A program made the position numbers and the translations under genes. DNA of 64,000 nt, from NCBI GenBank assembly GCA_001822095.1, contig MHPP01000014.1:1662-65661 (forward strand), given 5' to 3'. This document shows, in pieces, positions 19,109 to 29,701 of this stretch. The DNA is from Candidatus Staskawiczbacteria bacterium RIFOXYC1_FULL_38_18. GTDB lineage: Bacteria; Patescibacteriota; Minisyncoccia; Minisyncoccales; Staskawiczbacteraceae. Position 1 is the first letter of the stretch. Each line of letters starts with the position of its first letter. The notes under the pieces were generated by a model. The model was not told the DNA's origin. It ran no database searches and saw only the letters and a program-made list of their open reading frames with translations.

Positions 19109-19435
19109 ATGAAAATTTGCATTATTCTACAATCAAACAACCCTGAACATATTTGGAATACATTTCGTTTTGGAATCACTTCTTTGAAGGCAAAACACAG
19201 GGTAGTAATTTTTTTAATGAATGAGGGGTCTGAACTTGACGCTATTGAGGACGCTGAAATCTTTGATATTTCCAATAAAATTGCTGAGTATAAAAAATTA
19301 AAAGGAGACATATATGCCTGCGGGACTTGTTTAGAACTTCGCGGCAAAAAAGGAATCGGGATTTGTCCTGTTTCCACGATGTCAGATTTGCTAAAAATAG
19401 TTGAAGACAGCGATAAGGTTTTAGTTTTTAGCTAA
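19109..19435 (+). CDS. DsrE/F family protein
   Basis: IFLMNEG, ACGTCLELRG, SDKVLVF. Confidence 0.85.
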   Translation: MKICIILQSNNPEHIWNTFRFGITSLKAKHRVVIFLMNEGSELDAIEDAEIFDISNKIAEYKKLKGDIYACGTCLELRGKKGIGICPVSTMSDLLKIVEDSDKVLVFS

Positions 19436-19440
19436 TAATT

Positions 19441-20232
19441 ATGGATTGTTGTAATTCAAAAACTTATTTGTCAAAAGAAGTTGTGAAAGGTTTAAAAATA
19501 GTTCTTTACATTGCGTTTTTTATTAATGCTGGAATGTTTTTAGTTGAATTGGTGAGCGGAGTTATTACTCACTCTAACGCCCTTTCTGCTGATTCGTTAG
19601 ATATGTTTGGAGATGCGTTTGTGTATGGACTAAGCCTGTTTGTTTTAACTAAACACCACAAAGTTCAAGCAAGAGCATCTATGGTAAAAGGGGCGGTTAT
19701 GCTACTTATAGGATTGTATGTCTTCGCAGAAGCCTTTTACAAAATGGTTCATCCGATTGTGCCACCGGCGCAAGCAATTACGCTGATTGGTATTTTGGCA
19801 TTAGTTGCAAATGGCGTATGCCTATTTTTACTAACAAGGCACAAGGATAAAAATATAAATATGAAGTCTTCGTGGATTTGTTCCAGAAACGATATGTTTG
19901 GGAATGTCGGCGTCATTATAGCAGGAATTTCGGTCGCCTATTTTAATTCTATGTGGCCGGATATAATCGTCGGCATGGGAATAGCCGGGCTGGCTGTTTA
20001 TTTTTCGGCGGGGATCATAAAAGACGTGCATATGCACAATGTCAAATATCAGACTCTACAAAATAATTTTATGGTCAAAGAAATAGAAATAAAAAACAAA
20101 AAATATTACAAATGCGAAGAGTGCGGTTTGGTTTATCTTTATAAAGAGATAGCTGAAAAGTGCCAAAATTGGTGCAAAACATACCACACCTGTAATTTAG
20201 AGATTATTAAATATGCACAGCGATTGACATAG
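19441..20232 (+). CDS. Cation diffusion facilitator TM domain with C-terminal Cys-rich zinc-ribbon extension
   Basis: ALSADSLDMFGDA, WICSRND, WPD; tail CEECG...CQNWC..HTC. Confidence 0.8.
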   Translation: MDCCNSKTYLSKEVVKGLKIVLYIAFFINAGMFLVELVSGVITHSNALSADSLDMFGDAFVYGLSLFVLTKHHKVQARASMVKGAVMLLIGLYVFAEAFYKMVHPIVPPAQAITLIGILALVANGVCLFLLTRHKDKNINMKSSWICSRNDMFGNVGVIIAGISVAYFNSMWPDIIVGMGIAGLAVYFSAGIIKDVHMHNVKYQTLQNNFMVKEIEIKNKKYYKCEECGLVYLYKEIAEKCQNWCKTYHTCNLEIIKYAQRLT

Positions 20233-20263
20233 TAAATAAAAGGCGTAAAATAAAGTAATATAT

Positions 20264-20647
20264 ATGAATTCGTTAAGTAAAAATTTTATCATTATTTTCC
20301 TGATAATCTGCGTTGTGGGAATTTTTGGTTTTCATTGGTTTTTGATCAGCGATATGATGCCCATTGGCGAATGTTTTTCTGTTGATTGCGTTTACACTCC
20401 CGCCCAAACGATTCCGCAGGGAACACAAAATATTCTGCTAATTGCTTTAATGGCAATCCTATTTGGCGTGGCTACGCCTTTGGCAATATTATCGGATAAA
20501 AAACTCACAGAACTGCCGAGGCGGATGTTTCTTGAGTGGAGAATAGGCGGCTTTTGCCGTAAACTGATTTTATGGCTTAAAATTTTAGAAAAAAGGGATC
20601 CTCAAACCGCATTAATTGCGGCGCGGATTTCAAATTTTAGCCAATAA
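20264..20647 (+). CDS. Hypothetical membrane protein
   Basis: Two TM segments, CxxxxC; upstream TTGACA-16-TAAAAT at 20224-20251. Confidence 0.6.
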   Translation: MNSLSKNFIIIFLIICVVGIFGFHWFLISDMMPIGECFSVDCVYTPAQTIPQGTQNILLIALMAILFGVATPLAILSDKKLTELPRRMFLEWRIGGFCRKLILWLKILEKRDPQTALIAARISNFSQ

Positions 20648-20733
20648 ATTTTAATTATTTAATTTGCTATAAATTTCAAATTTTCGCGCCGTTGTTATGG
20701 CGTTTTTTGTTAAAATAAAAAATAAAAAATATT

Positions 20734-22560
20734 ATGTTAAGAGAAATAAAACACAAGATAGAAAACATAAAATCCTTAGAGGATAAAATAACAATTGAGG
20801 CGGAGATTGAAGTATTGAACGGCGTGGACAGCGCGGACATAGACGAAGCGAGTGGAAATTGTCATATAAAATTTGACGGAGAAAAAATTTCTTCGGGTGA
20901 AATTATAAAAAAAATAAAGGAGCTTGGCTTTGAGGTGGCAGCAGATGAAGTTCTCTCAGCTGAAATATTGCCGAGAGAAGAATCTTTACCGGCTCAAAAA
21001 GAAGAGTGGAGTAGCAAAAACTTGAAAGAGCATGTTTACAAAGTGGAAGGGATGCATTGTGCCTCCTGTGAAATTTTGATTGAGAAAAAGCTCTTGATGA
21101 TTCAAAACATAAAGTCTGTTGATGCTTCAACTCCAAAAGGAGAGGTCGTAATAGAATACAGCGGAGACAGGCCAAATCCGGAGAGATTAAGCAAAATATT
21201 TAAGGGAGAAAATTATCAATTTGACGATATGGACACCGGAACGCAAGCTAAAAGCAGGGAAGAAAATGAGTCCGGAAAAAAATCAAGCCCGACCTTAGTT
21301 GCTTTTAACATAGCGATATTTGTGATCATTGCGTTCTTATTTTTGCAAAAAATGGGAATTGCTGATTTTTTGAGTGTAAGCTCCGGGTCCTCCTTTATGA
21401 CATTCGTGGGATTCGGGCTTTTGGCGGGGCTTTCCTCGTGCGCGGCTTTGGTTGGGGGAATTATTCTATCGATGTCAAAACAATGGTCATCGCTTTATTC
21501 TCAAGAACAAACTACATCTCAGAAATTGCAACCACATGTAATGTTTAATGCCGGCAGGGTTGTTTCTTATGCTATTTTTGGCGGAGTACTGGGTGTAATA
21601 GGAAGCAAGCTCCAGATTTCTCCGCAATTTACCGGTTATTTAGTTATTGGCATATCTCTATTAATGATTGCTTTGGGACTTCAAATGCTGGGGGTTAGGG
21701 CGTTCAGAAAATTTCAGATTGCAGCTCCAAAATTCGCAACAAGATATATTGCTAATGAAAAGAATTTTCAAGGGAAGCAAATGCCGTTTATTATGGGAGC
21801 CTTAACTTTCTTTCTGCCTTGCGGTTTTACCATTACAGCTCAAAGCTTGGCATTGCTTTCAGGAAACGCATTTTCCGGAGCGTTAATAATGGGAGCGTTT
21901 GCACTAGGAACAGTGCCCTCGCTTTTATTTATCGGACTGTCTAGCGTTAAGTTTTCATCAAAACCGCACTTAGCTGAAAGATTCGCGAAGGTAGCAGGGT
22001 TTTTGGTTTTATTCTTTGCTTTGTATAATATGTCGAATCAAGCGACTGTTTTGGGATTTACGGGGTTTGGTAACATATTAGCTTCAAGCCAAGCCCAAGT
22101 AAAATCAGCAAAAATTGATGTAAAAGATTTACCCCAAATTATTGATGGCAAGCAGGTTATTAAAATGACAGCCTACGGCTCAAAGGATGTTCCGAATTCC
22201 TTTAAAGTAAGGGTTGGAATTCCTGTAAGATGGGAAATAACAGCCGACAGAACAGCAGGCGGGTGCAACGGTTCAATCATCTCAAACAGCTTGTTCTCAG
22301 GATCAATTGATTTGATTCCCGGGCAAGTTTCAGTAAAAGAATTTACTCCGCAAAAAACAGGAAAGTTCAGGTTTTCCTGCCAAATGGGCATGATTTCTGG
22401 AATTATTGAGGTTGTGAATGCGGATACTGCCACTGGTTCAAATAATTCTGGGGTGCCGGTCGCTAATGCAGCAACGCAGGGCGGCGACGACGTGGTTCCA
22501 TCTGGATCAACGGGATGCGGTTGTGGAGGAGGCGGAGGCAGTACCTGTGGCGGTAATTAA
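20734..22560 (+). CDS. HMA + DsbD_2/TauE-like TM + cupredoxin-like multidomain copper protein
   Basis: GMHCASC; SSCAALVGG, FLPCGFT; FSCQMGM; GCGCGGGGGSTCGG tail. Confidence 0.85.
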   Translation: MLREIKHKIENIKSLEDKITIEAEIEVLNGVDSADIDEASGNCHIKFDGEKISSGEIIKKIKELGFEVAADEVLSAEILPREESLPAQKEEWSSKNLKEHVYKVEGMHCASCEILIEKKLLMIQNIKSVDASTPKGEVVIEYSGDRPNPERLSKIFKGENYQFDDMDTGTQAKSREENESGKKSSPTLVAFNIAIFVIIAFLFLQKMGIADFLSVSSGSSFMTFVGFGLLAGLSSCAALVGGIILSMSKQWSSLYSQEQTTSQKLQPHVMFNAGRVVSYAIFGGVLGVIGSKLQISPQFTGYLVIGISLLMIALGLQMLGVRAFRKFQIAAPKFATRYIANEKNFQGKQMPFIMGALTFFLPCGFTITAQSLALLSGNAFSGALIMGAFALGTVPSLLFIGLSSVKFSSKPHLAERFAKVAGFLVLFFALYNMSNQATVLGFTGFGNILASSQAQVKSAKIDVKDLPQIIDGKQVIKMTAYGSKDVPNSFKVRVGIPVRWEITADRTAGGCNGSIISNSLFSGSIDLIPGQVSVKEFTPQKTGKFRFSCQMGMISGIIEVVNADTATGSNNSGVPVANAATQGGDDVVPSGSTGCGCGGGGGSTCGGN

Positions 22561-22580
22561 ATTAAATATTTTTTAAAATC

Positions 22581-22979
22581 ATGAAAAATAATCTAATAAT
22601 TTTATCTGTAATAGTTGTAGCAGTAGCGGGCATTTATTTTTTATCGTCAGGGCCTAAATCCGGCTCGCAAAATTACTTATCAGGTGAAACCGTCGCCGTT
22701 GCTAGCTTAAATCAACAAAATCAGGTGATGTTCAGCATAGATGCTAAAAGATGGCAATTTACGCCGGACATTATTAGGGTCAAGAAAGGCCAGAATGTCA
22801 AAATTATCATTAACAACACCGATACCGTGCATGGGATTAATTTGCCGGAATTTAATGCTATTAGTGACGATTCTATTGAGTTTACAGCATCCAAAACAGG
22901 CGAGTTTACTTTTTTCTGTAAGAATTTTTGCGGCGAGGGGCATACAGGTATGACAGGAAAAATTATTGTTTCAGAATAA
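22581..22979 (+). CDS. Membrane-anchored cupredoxin with CuA-type ligands
   Basis: DTVHG and CKNFCGEGHTGM (H..CxxxCxxxHxxM). Confidence 0.85.
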   Translation: MKNNLIILSVIVVAVAGIYFLSSGPKSGSQNYLSGETVAVASLNQQNQVMFSIDAKRWQFTPDIIRVKKGQNVKIIINNTDTVHGINLPEFNAISDDSIEFTASKTGEFTFFCKNFCGEGHTGMTGKIIVSE

Positions 22980-22982
22980 AAT

Positions 22983-24305
22983 ATGAAAAAAACAAAATTT
23001 AAAATTCAAGGCATAAAATGCAGTAATTGCTCTTTGCTGATTGAAGAAAGATTAAGAAATGTAAACGGCGTTGTTAGGGTTAAAGTTGACCAAACCTCAA
23101 ACAAGGGTGTTGTCATTTATGATGAACAAAAAATAACAGAAAGCGATATTTATCAGGCGATTGAGAGCATAAATGATTTTCATTTGGAAAAAATTGAAGA
23201 AGCAATTACGCCGGTACCGAAAATTTTAGAAACGGAAAACAAAGGATATGATTTGGGTATCAAAAAAGCAAAGTTTAGAATAAGGGGGTTAAAATGCAAC
23301 AGCTGCGTTCTTTTGATAGAAGGCAGGCTTAAAAGCAAAGACGGCGTTGTTAAAGTTAAGGTTGACCAAACCTCAAACAAGGGAGTTGTCATTTATGACG
23401 AACAAAAAATAACAGAACAGGATATTTATCAGGCGATCGAGGAAATAGGCGGGTTTAAAGTGGAAAAGATTGAAGATGGAGCAGAAAACAGCGTTGAAAA
23501 TATAAATTACGACAATCCCAGCATTGTAAAAGAGGAAAAACCTCCAATTGAAACTTCAGCCACTAAAAAAGTTTTTGTGGCAGCAGTTGTTTTAGTTTTG
23601 ATTTTCCAGCTCTTTACATTCGGAAATAAAAATAATCAGGGGAGCCGGGCAAAGGAGTCCGTAAAAAACACCGTGGTTCAGGAACAACAGGTTAATAACA
23701 ACCAACAGGCGCCGGCGGTAAAAACAGCAGAGAAAAACGATAATCCTGTTTTGGAGGCGTATGTAGTCAGCCGGTGCCCTTTTGGGATTCAAATGCAGAG
23801 AGTTATGGCAGATGTGATAAAAAATATTCCATCTTCTGCGCAATATATGAAAGTAAGGTATATGGGGAGCGTTTCTAATGGAATAATTACTGCTATGCAC
23901 GGAAATGCGGAGGCGCAGGAAAATTTGAGGCAGATTTGCCTGAGAGAGGAACAGCCGACAAAATACTGGCCGTATGTTTCCTGTCAAATGAAAGGTTCTG
24001 GTCAGGAGGTAGCCTGCGAAAAACCGTCGGGAGTTGATTCGTCGAAATTATCAGCATGCGTTTCAGATGTCAGCAGGGGATTGGCTTATGCTCAAAAAGA
24101 CTTTGATTTAAACAGCAAATACCAAATACAAGGCTCTCCAACATTAATATTAAATGGTCAGCAAGTTTCAGAATTTAATTTTGGTGGAAGGACTTCCGAT
24201 GCGGTAAAAAATGTGATATGCAACGGATTTAACAGTCAGCCAGAATTCTGTTCAACAAAGCTGACCACAGCTAATGCGGCAGCAAGTTTTTCCGCTACGT
24301 ATTAG
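22983..24305 (+). CDS. Tandem HMA domains + TM + thioredoxin/DsbA-like domain
   Basis: GIKCSNC, GLKCNSC, SRCPFG, IQGSPTLILNG. Confidence 0.75.
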   Translation: MKKTKFKIQGIKCSNCSLLIEERLRNVNGVVRVKVDQTSNKGVVIYDEQKITESDIYQAIESINDFHLEKIEEAITPVPKILETENKGYDLGIKKAKFRIRGLKCNSCVLLIEGRLKSKDGVVKVKVDQTSNKGVVIYDEQKITEQDIYQAIEEIGGFKVEKIEDGAENSVENINYDNPSIVKEEKPPIETSATKKVFVAAVVLVLIFQLFTFGNKNNQGSRAKESVKNTVVQEQQVNNNQQAPAVKTAEKNDNPVLEAYVVSRCPFGIQMQRVMADVIKNIPSSAQYMKVRYMGSVSNGIITAMHGNAEAQENLRQICLREEQPTKYWPYVSCQMKGSGQEVACEKPSGVDSSKLSACVSDVSRGLAYAQKDFDLNSKYQIQGSPTLILNGQQVSEFNFGGRTSDAVKNVICNGFNSQPEFCSTKLTTANAAASFSATY

Positions 24306-24324
24306 CCCAAAATAAATAATTTAA

Positions 24325-26811
24325 ATGGAAAATAAAAAAATAAAAACAAAAAAAACCCGGCTCTCTGAAATTGAATCAAAAATCGACAAAATTTTAGATT
24401 TGGTTTCGAACGGGCCAAAAATCCAAAACCCGGCGGTTGCTGCGACAAAAGCCGAACCAGGCAAAGACCAGCAAATTAGCTTGGCTGTAAGCGGAATGCA
24501 TTGTGTGTCGTGCGCGAAAATAATTGAGAAAAAGTTATTAAAGGTTCCCGGAGTAAAGGAGGTAAATGTCAACTTTACCGCTGAAAAAGCCAGAATTATT
24601 TTTGACAGCTCAAAAGCCACAACAGGCGATTTGATCGGCGCCATTGCATCCGCCGGTTATAAAGCATCATTGCCGGACGTTGCTGACCCTGAAGGGGAAA
24701 AAAAGAGAAAAGAAAAAGAAATTAAAAATTACCGTAATAAATTTTTAATTTCTTTTGGATTGAGCTTGCCGATGCTTTATTTCATGCTTTTGGATTTCTT
24801 TAATTTTTTACCATTAAGGGATTTCCTGATGCCATGGATAGGCGTTGTTTCTCTGTTACTGACCATACCCGTTCAGTTTATTATTGGAGCAGGATTTTAC
24901 AGAGGGATGTGGAGTAGCTTGAAGATGAAGACTTTCAATATGGATAGCTTAATTGCAATTGGAACAAGCACCGCATTCTTTTACAGTTTGTGGCAATTTT
25001 TAAGCTATGCGATAAGTAATGGAACGCTTATTGGATTAAACGGCGCTAAAATTCCGGAGTTATACTTTGAAACAGCAGCTTATCTGATTACGTTTGTGGT
25101 GCTTGGCAAATGGCTTGAAACAAAAGCAAAAGGCAGGACATCTGAGGCTATTAAAAAATTAATGGGTCTTCAGCCAAAAACCGCAAGAATAGTCAAGGGG
25201 GGTGAAACATTTGACATACCAATTGATGAGGTAAAAAGAGGAGATGTTGTTTTGGTCCGGCCCGGAGAAAAAATTCCTGTTGATGGTGTAATTTTAAAAG
25301 GCAGGTCTTCTGTTGACGAATCAATGCTTACAGGAGAAAGCATACCGGTTGAAAAAAATGCCGGAGACAAAGTCATTGGAGCTACAATAAATAAATATGG
25401 CAGTTTTGAATTTGAAGCCACAAACGTTGGCAACGAAACCGCCTTGGCTCAAATAATTAGGTTGATTGAGGAAGCCCAAGGTTCAAAAGCTCCAATTCAG
25501 GCAATGGCCGATAAAATTTCAGCCTGGTTTGTGCCTGCGGTTTTAGTTTTGGCAGCTTTAACTTTTGTTGTTTGGTATTTTGCTTTAGGTGCAAGTCTCT
25601 CATTTGCCTTGATGGCATTTACGTCAGTAATTGTTATTGCCTGCCCGTGCGCGCTGGGGCTTGCAACACCAACCGCAATAATGGTTGGAACCGGCAAAGG
25701 GGCAGAATATGGGGTGCTTATTAAGGGCGGAGAACCCTTGGAGGCGGCCTGCAAGGTTAAAGCAGTTGTATTTGATAAAACCGGCACTTTGACAAAGGGT
25801 AAACCGGAAGTTACAGATATTGTGGGAGCGGAATTGAGCGACGAAAACAAGATTATCGGCATTACGGCATCCCTTGAAAAACTTTCAGAACATCCATTGG
25901 CCGAGGCAATAGTCAATTATGCAAAAGAGGAAAAAATTCATTTGCCCGAAGCCTCAAATTTTAAAGCAATTCCAGGCCACGGCGTTGAAGGAAAAATTAG
26001 CGGAAAAAAATATTATTTTGGCAACCGCAAGTTAATTACCGATGTTGCCGGATTGGATGTGGGCGAAAACGAAAAGAAAATAAGCAAGCTTGAGAGCGAG
26101 GGAAAAACAGCAATGATTCTGGCTTCAGAAAAAGAGATATTGGGGATAATAGCCGTAGCAGATACAATAAAGGAAAACACAATTGAAGCGGTAACTGCCT
26201 TAAGGAAAAAAGGGATACAGGTGTTTATGATTACAGGAGACAATAAACGCACCGCAGAGGCAATTGCCAAACAAATTGGAATTACAAACGTGCTGGCTGA
26301 AGTTTTGCCAGAGGACAAGGCAAGTGAAGTAAAAAAACTTCAAGGCACAGGGATCAAAGTTGCAATGGTGGGGGACGGCATCAACGACGCGCCTGCGCTT
26401 GCCCAGGCAGATTTGGGGATTGCCATGGGCGGAGGCACTGATGTTGCAATGGAAACAGGAGGAATAGTAATCATTAAAAACGACCTGCGAGATGTGTTGA
26501 CAGCCATAAGTTTAAGCCGAGATACAATGGGTAAAATAAAACAAAATATGTTTTTTGCCTTGTTTTACAATGTGATTGGCATACCGATTGCTGCCAGAAT
26601 TTTTGCGGAAATGGGCCTTGTATTAAGGCCGGAGCTGGCCGGATTGGCAATGGCCTTCAGCTCCATTTCTGTGGTGTCTAATTCTTTATTACTTAAATAT
26701 TTTAAGCCCAATAAAAGGAATTATGTATCAATGGTTGCCCCAATTGTTCTGGCATTAGTTTTCTTGTTTATATTTATAGAATTTGGCAGGCTTAGCTCTA
26801 ATATGGCATAA
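24325..26811 (+). CDS. copA: Copper-translocating P1B-type ATPase
   Basis: GMHCVSC, TGES, CPC, DKTGT, HP, GDGIND, YN, MAFSS. Confidence 0.95.
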   Translation: MENKKIKTKKTRLSEIESKIDKILDLVSNGPKIQNPAVAATKAEPGKDQQISLAVSGMHCVSCAKIIEKKLLKVPGVKEVNVNFTAEKARIIFDSSKATTGDLIGAIASAGYKASLPDVADPEGEKKRKEKEIKNYRNKFLISFGLSLPMLYFMLLDFFNFLPLRDFLMPWIGVVSLLLTIPVQFIIGAGFYRGMWSSLKMKTFNMDSLIAIGTSTAFFYSLWQFLSYAISNGTLIGLNGAKIPELYFETAAYLITFVVLGKWLETKAKGRTSEAIKKLMGLQPKTARIVKGGETFDIPIDEVKRGDVVLVRPGEKIPVDGVILKGRSSVDESMLTGESIPVEKNAGDKVIGATINKYGSFEFEATNVGNETALAQIIRLIEEAQGSKAPIQAMADKISAWFVPAVLVLAALTFVVWYFALGASLSFALMAFTSVIVIACPCALGLATPTAIMVGTGKGAEYGVLIKGGEPLEAACKVKAVVFDKTGTLTKGKPEVTDIVGAELSDENKIIGITASLEKLSEHPLAEAIVNYAKEEKIHLPEASNFKAIPGHGVEGKISGKKYYFGNRKLITDVAGLDVGENEKKISKLESEGKTAMILASEKEILGIIAVADTIKENTIEAVTALRKKGIQVFMITGDNKRTAEAIAKQIGITNVLAEVLPEDKASEVKKLQGTGIKVAMVGDGINDAPALAQADLGIAMGGGTDVAMETGGIVIIKNDLRDVLTAISLSRDTMGKIKQNMFFALFYNVIGIPIAARIFAEMGLVLRPELAGLAMAFSSISVVSNSLLLKYFKPNKRNYVSMVAPIVLALVFLFIFIEFGRLSSNMA

Positions 26812-26836
26812 TTTATTATTAACTTAATTTGGAAAA

Positions 26837-27046
26837 ATGATAGAAAAAACAATACTAGCAATTTCCGGAATGCATTGCGCGTCCTGCGCAAAAATTATTG
26901 AGGCCACTCTTGAGGAAAAAAACGGGGTAAGCTCAATTTTAGTAGATTACGATTCTAAAAAGGCTTTCTTAGAGTTTGACGGGCAGAAAACAAACCTCTA
27001 CGACCTTAAAAGCGAAATAGAAACACTGGGTTATAGGGCGTTATAG
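26837..27046 (+). CDS. copZ: Copper chaperone
   Basis: 69-aa HMA domain, GMHCASC. Confidence 0.85.
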   Translation: MIEKTILAISGMHCASCAKIIEATLEEKNGVSSILVDYDSKKAFLEFDGQKTNLYDLKSEIETLGYRAL

Positions 27047-27050
27047 ATTA

Positions 27051-27089
27051 AAATTAAAAACACTCCCTCACCGGGAGTGTTTTTAATTT
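27051..27089. terminator. Bidirectional terminator
   Basis: 17-bp perfect arms AAATTAAAAACACTCCC / GGGAGTGTTTTTAATTT between convergent genes. Confidence 0.85.
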
Positions 27090-27099
27090 CTATTTAGAA

Positions 27100-27357
27100 C
27101 TATGACAGGTGTTTTGAAACCAGTTTTGTCATCTCAAACATATTCACAACGCCCTTTCCTCCAAAAACTTTTTTCAGTTTTTCATCGGCGTTTATGTTCC
27201 TCTTGTTTTTAGGATCCTGCAGATTGTTTTTTTTAATGTAGGCCCAAAGTTTTTTTACGACTTCCGACCTTGGCAACGGACCCTTTCCTACAACTGCCTC
27301 TAAATCGGCAGATACGGCTAACGGCTTCATAAAAGCCGAGTTTGCTTTTCCTGGCAT
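27100..27357 (-). CDS. SWIB/MDM2 domain protein
   Basis: PRSEVVKKLWAYIKKNNLQDPKNKRNINADEKL...MFEMTKLVSKHL. Confidence 0.9.
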   Translation of the reverse strand: MPGKANSAFMKPLAVSADLEAVVGKGPLPRSEVVKKLWAYIKKNNLQDPKNKRNINADEKLKKVFGGKGVVNMFEMTKLVSKHLS

Positions 27358-27608
27358 GCGATTAATTTTCAATTTTCAAGAGAGTTGCGAAGTTACGAAT
27401 AAATTAGCAACTTAATGATAATTGATAATTTAGTTTACTTATAAATTATGAACATTAAACTATTATACCTCTAATACTCCTCTAATGCAACGGCTCTGTC
27501 AAGTTTTTACGCTCTTTGGCGCTAATTTTAATTAAATATTTAATCAAATATGTTAAATAATAAATTATTATTAATGTTTTTTTAAAAAAAAAGAAAAGTA
27601 ATAATTAT

Positions 27609-29615
27609 ATGAAGAAAAATTTAAAAAGAATTTTAATAAAATTTTTCGCATTTGTTGCGATTATGAGTTTTGCTTGTAATCCAGTTTTGATCTTAGCTAA
27701 AACCGCCAGCGTCGCCTCGGAATTTGCGCCAAACGCGGGCTGGCTTCCTGTTGCCGGGGACTGGGATGGAGACGGCACAGCAACAATTGGGCTCTATAAC
27801 CTAAAAACTTCTATTTTCTACTTGAGGAATTCCAACACAACAGGCGTTGCCGATATCACTTTTGGATATGGCGCGCCAAACGCGGGCTGGCTTCCTGTTG
27901 CCGGGGACTGGGACAAAAACAAAACAGCCTCCATCGGTCTGTATAACCCGTTAACATCGGTATTCACGCTGAGAAATTCAAATACAACGGGTATTGCCGA
28001 TATCACTTTTGGATATGGCGCGCCGAACGCGGGCTGGCTTCCTGTTGCAGGGGACTGGGATGGAGACGGCACAGCAACAATTGCTTTATATGATTCGCTT
28101 TCATCAACTTTTTATTTAAGAAATTCAAACACTTCAGGATATGCGGACGCGACGTTTAGTTACGGTGTTGAGGACGCGGGCTGGCTTCCTGTTGCCGGGG
28201 ACTGGGATGGAGACGGCACAGCAACAATTGGGCTCTATGATTCCACTGCGTCGATATTTATGCTAAAAAACCAAAATACTTCGGGCGTTGCCGATATCAC
28301 TTTTGGATATGGCGCGCCGAACGCGGGCTGGCTTCCTGTTGCCGGGGACTGGGATGGAGACGGCACAGCAACAATTGGGCTCTATGACCCAAAAACTTCT
28401 ATTTTCTACTTGAGGAATTCCAACACAACAGGCGTTGCCGATATCACTTTTGGATATGGCGCGCCGTTTGAACCATTAATACCGGGCAACTTAATTCTCA
28501 ATCCCTCAATGGAAAGCGGTTCTTCTGCGCCAGATAATTGGCATGGCGAATTTTGGGGCTCAAACAATGTTATTTTTTCCTATCCAACAACTGGTCACAC
28601 GGGTAACGGCTCCAGTATAGCAACTCCGTCCTATACAGACGGTGACGCGAAATGGCGTTTTGACGACGTTAAGGTTGTCCCCTCACAACAGTATGTTTTT
28701 TCCGATTTTTACAAATCAACCATTAAAACAACTGTGACATTAAGATTTACCCTAAATGACGGGACGTTCCTTTATGCTGATATGGGATATCCCGAACCTT
28801 CTACTGATTGGAGCCAATTTTCGGGCTCGTTTGTAGCTCCACTAAATGCAGTTTCGGTTACGGTTTTTCATTTAATAAATTCCGCCGGTTATTTATCTGT
28901 TGATGACTTCTTTCTGGCTGGAGCTTCTCCTGGTACCGCTTTTCCGCAAGGAATGATATCAATAAATTTTGACGACGCATGGACAAGCGCATATCAAAAC
29001 GCGTTTCCGGTTCTTGATGTTTTTGGAATAAAGGCAACGGAATATGCTATATCGGGCGCGATTGGCGACACAGCAAATGGCTATATGACACAGGGTCAAT
29101 TATTGGACCTGCAGAATCGTGGACACGAAATTGAAGCGCATTCAAAAACCCATCTCGACCTAACAACCTTAACGCAGGCCCAGATGACCGATGAAATTTT
29201 GGGATCAAAACAGGCGCTGGAAGCGATGGGTTTTAAAACAATCACTTCTTTTGATTATCCTTATGGCGCCTATAATTCAGCAGTAACACAAACTGTTAAA
29301 AATGCCGGTTATCTCGGCGCCAGAACAGCCGACAATTATGAGCAGGATATAGGCGACAATTATGCTAGCCAAGACCCGTATTTGTTAAAAACCCAGGTTG
29401 TGGTTTCAACCACCCCAATAAGCATAATTCAGCAATGGATTAACAATGCAATTGTAAGCAAAACATGGCTGATACTTGTTTTTCATAAAGTTGACAACAG
29501 CGGAGAACAATATAGTTACACCCCGATGCAATTTTCGCAGGTGGTTGATTATATAAACCAGACGAAAATAAAATTCATCACAATGACTGAGGGATTGGGC
29601 TTGCTTGCGAACTAA
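27609..29615 (+). CDS. Exported protein: five 49-aa GDWDGDG repeats, CBM-like domain, polysaccharide deacetylase
   Basis: Signal peptide; PVAGDWDGDG repeats; NPSMESG; INFDDA, HSKTH, YPYG. Confidence 0.85.
   Translation: MKKNLKRILIKFFAFVAIMSFACNPVLILAKTASVASEFAPNAGWLPVAGDWDGDGTATIGLYNLKTSIFYLRNSNTTGVADITFGYGAPNAGWLPVAGDWDKNKTASIGLYNPLTSVFTLRNSNTTGIADITFGYGAPNAGWLPVAGDWDGDGTATIALYDSLSSTFYLRNSNTSGYADATFSYGVEDAGWLPVAGDWDGDGTATIGLYDSTASIFMLKNQNTSGVADITFGYGAPNAGWLPVAGDWDGDGTATIGLYDPKTSIFYLRNSNTTGVADITFGYGAPFEPLIPGNLILNPSMESGSSAPDNWHGEFWGSNNVIFSYPTTGHTGNGSSIATPSYTDGDAKWRFDDVKVVPSQQYVFSDFYKSTIKTTVTLRFTLNDGTFLYADMGYPEPSTDWSQFSGSFVAPLNAVSVTVFHLINSAGYLSVDDFFLAGASPGTAFPQGMISINFDDAWTSAYQNAFPVLDVFGIKATEYAISGAIGDTANGYMTQGQLLDLQNRGHEIEAHSKTHLDLTTLTQAQMTDEILGSKQALEAMGFKTITSFDYPYGAYNSAVTQTVKNAGYLGARTADNYEQDIGDNYASQDPYLLKTQVVVSTTPISIIQQWINNAIVSKTWLILVFHKVDNSGEQYSYTPMQFSQVVDYINQTKIKFITMTEGLGLLAN
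27726..28465 (+). repeat. 147-bp coding tandem repeat, ~5 copies
   Basis: Units start 27726, 27873, 28020, 28167, 28314. Confidence 0.9.
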
Positions 29616-29701
29616 GTTATATAAAAAACCAGCACGCTTTATTGTTAACATGCTGGTTTTTTGTTATAATTAAAATAGTATTATTAGTAAAATTAAAAAA
29701 T

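Noticed and set aside
18182-27089. Copper cluster as a tRNA-integrated island
   Set aside because: It lies on the 5' side of the tRNA; no integrase or duplicated tRNA end was seen
27726-28465. Regular repeats resembling a CRISPR array
   Set aside because: The period is 147 bp, in frame, and the intervening parts are homologous to each other; this is a protein repeat, and no cas genes are present
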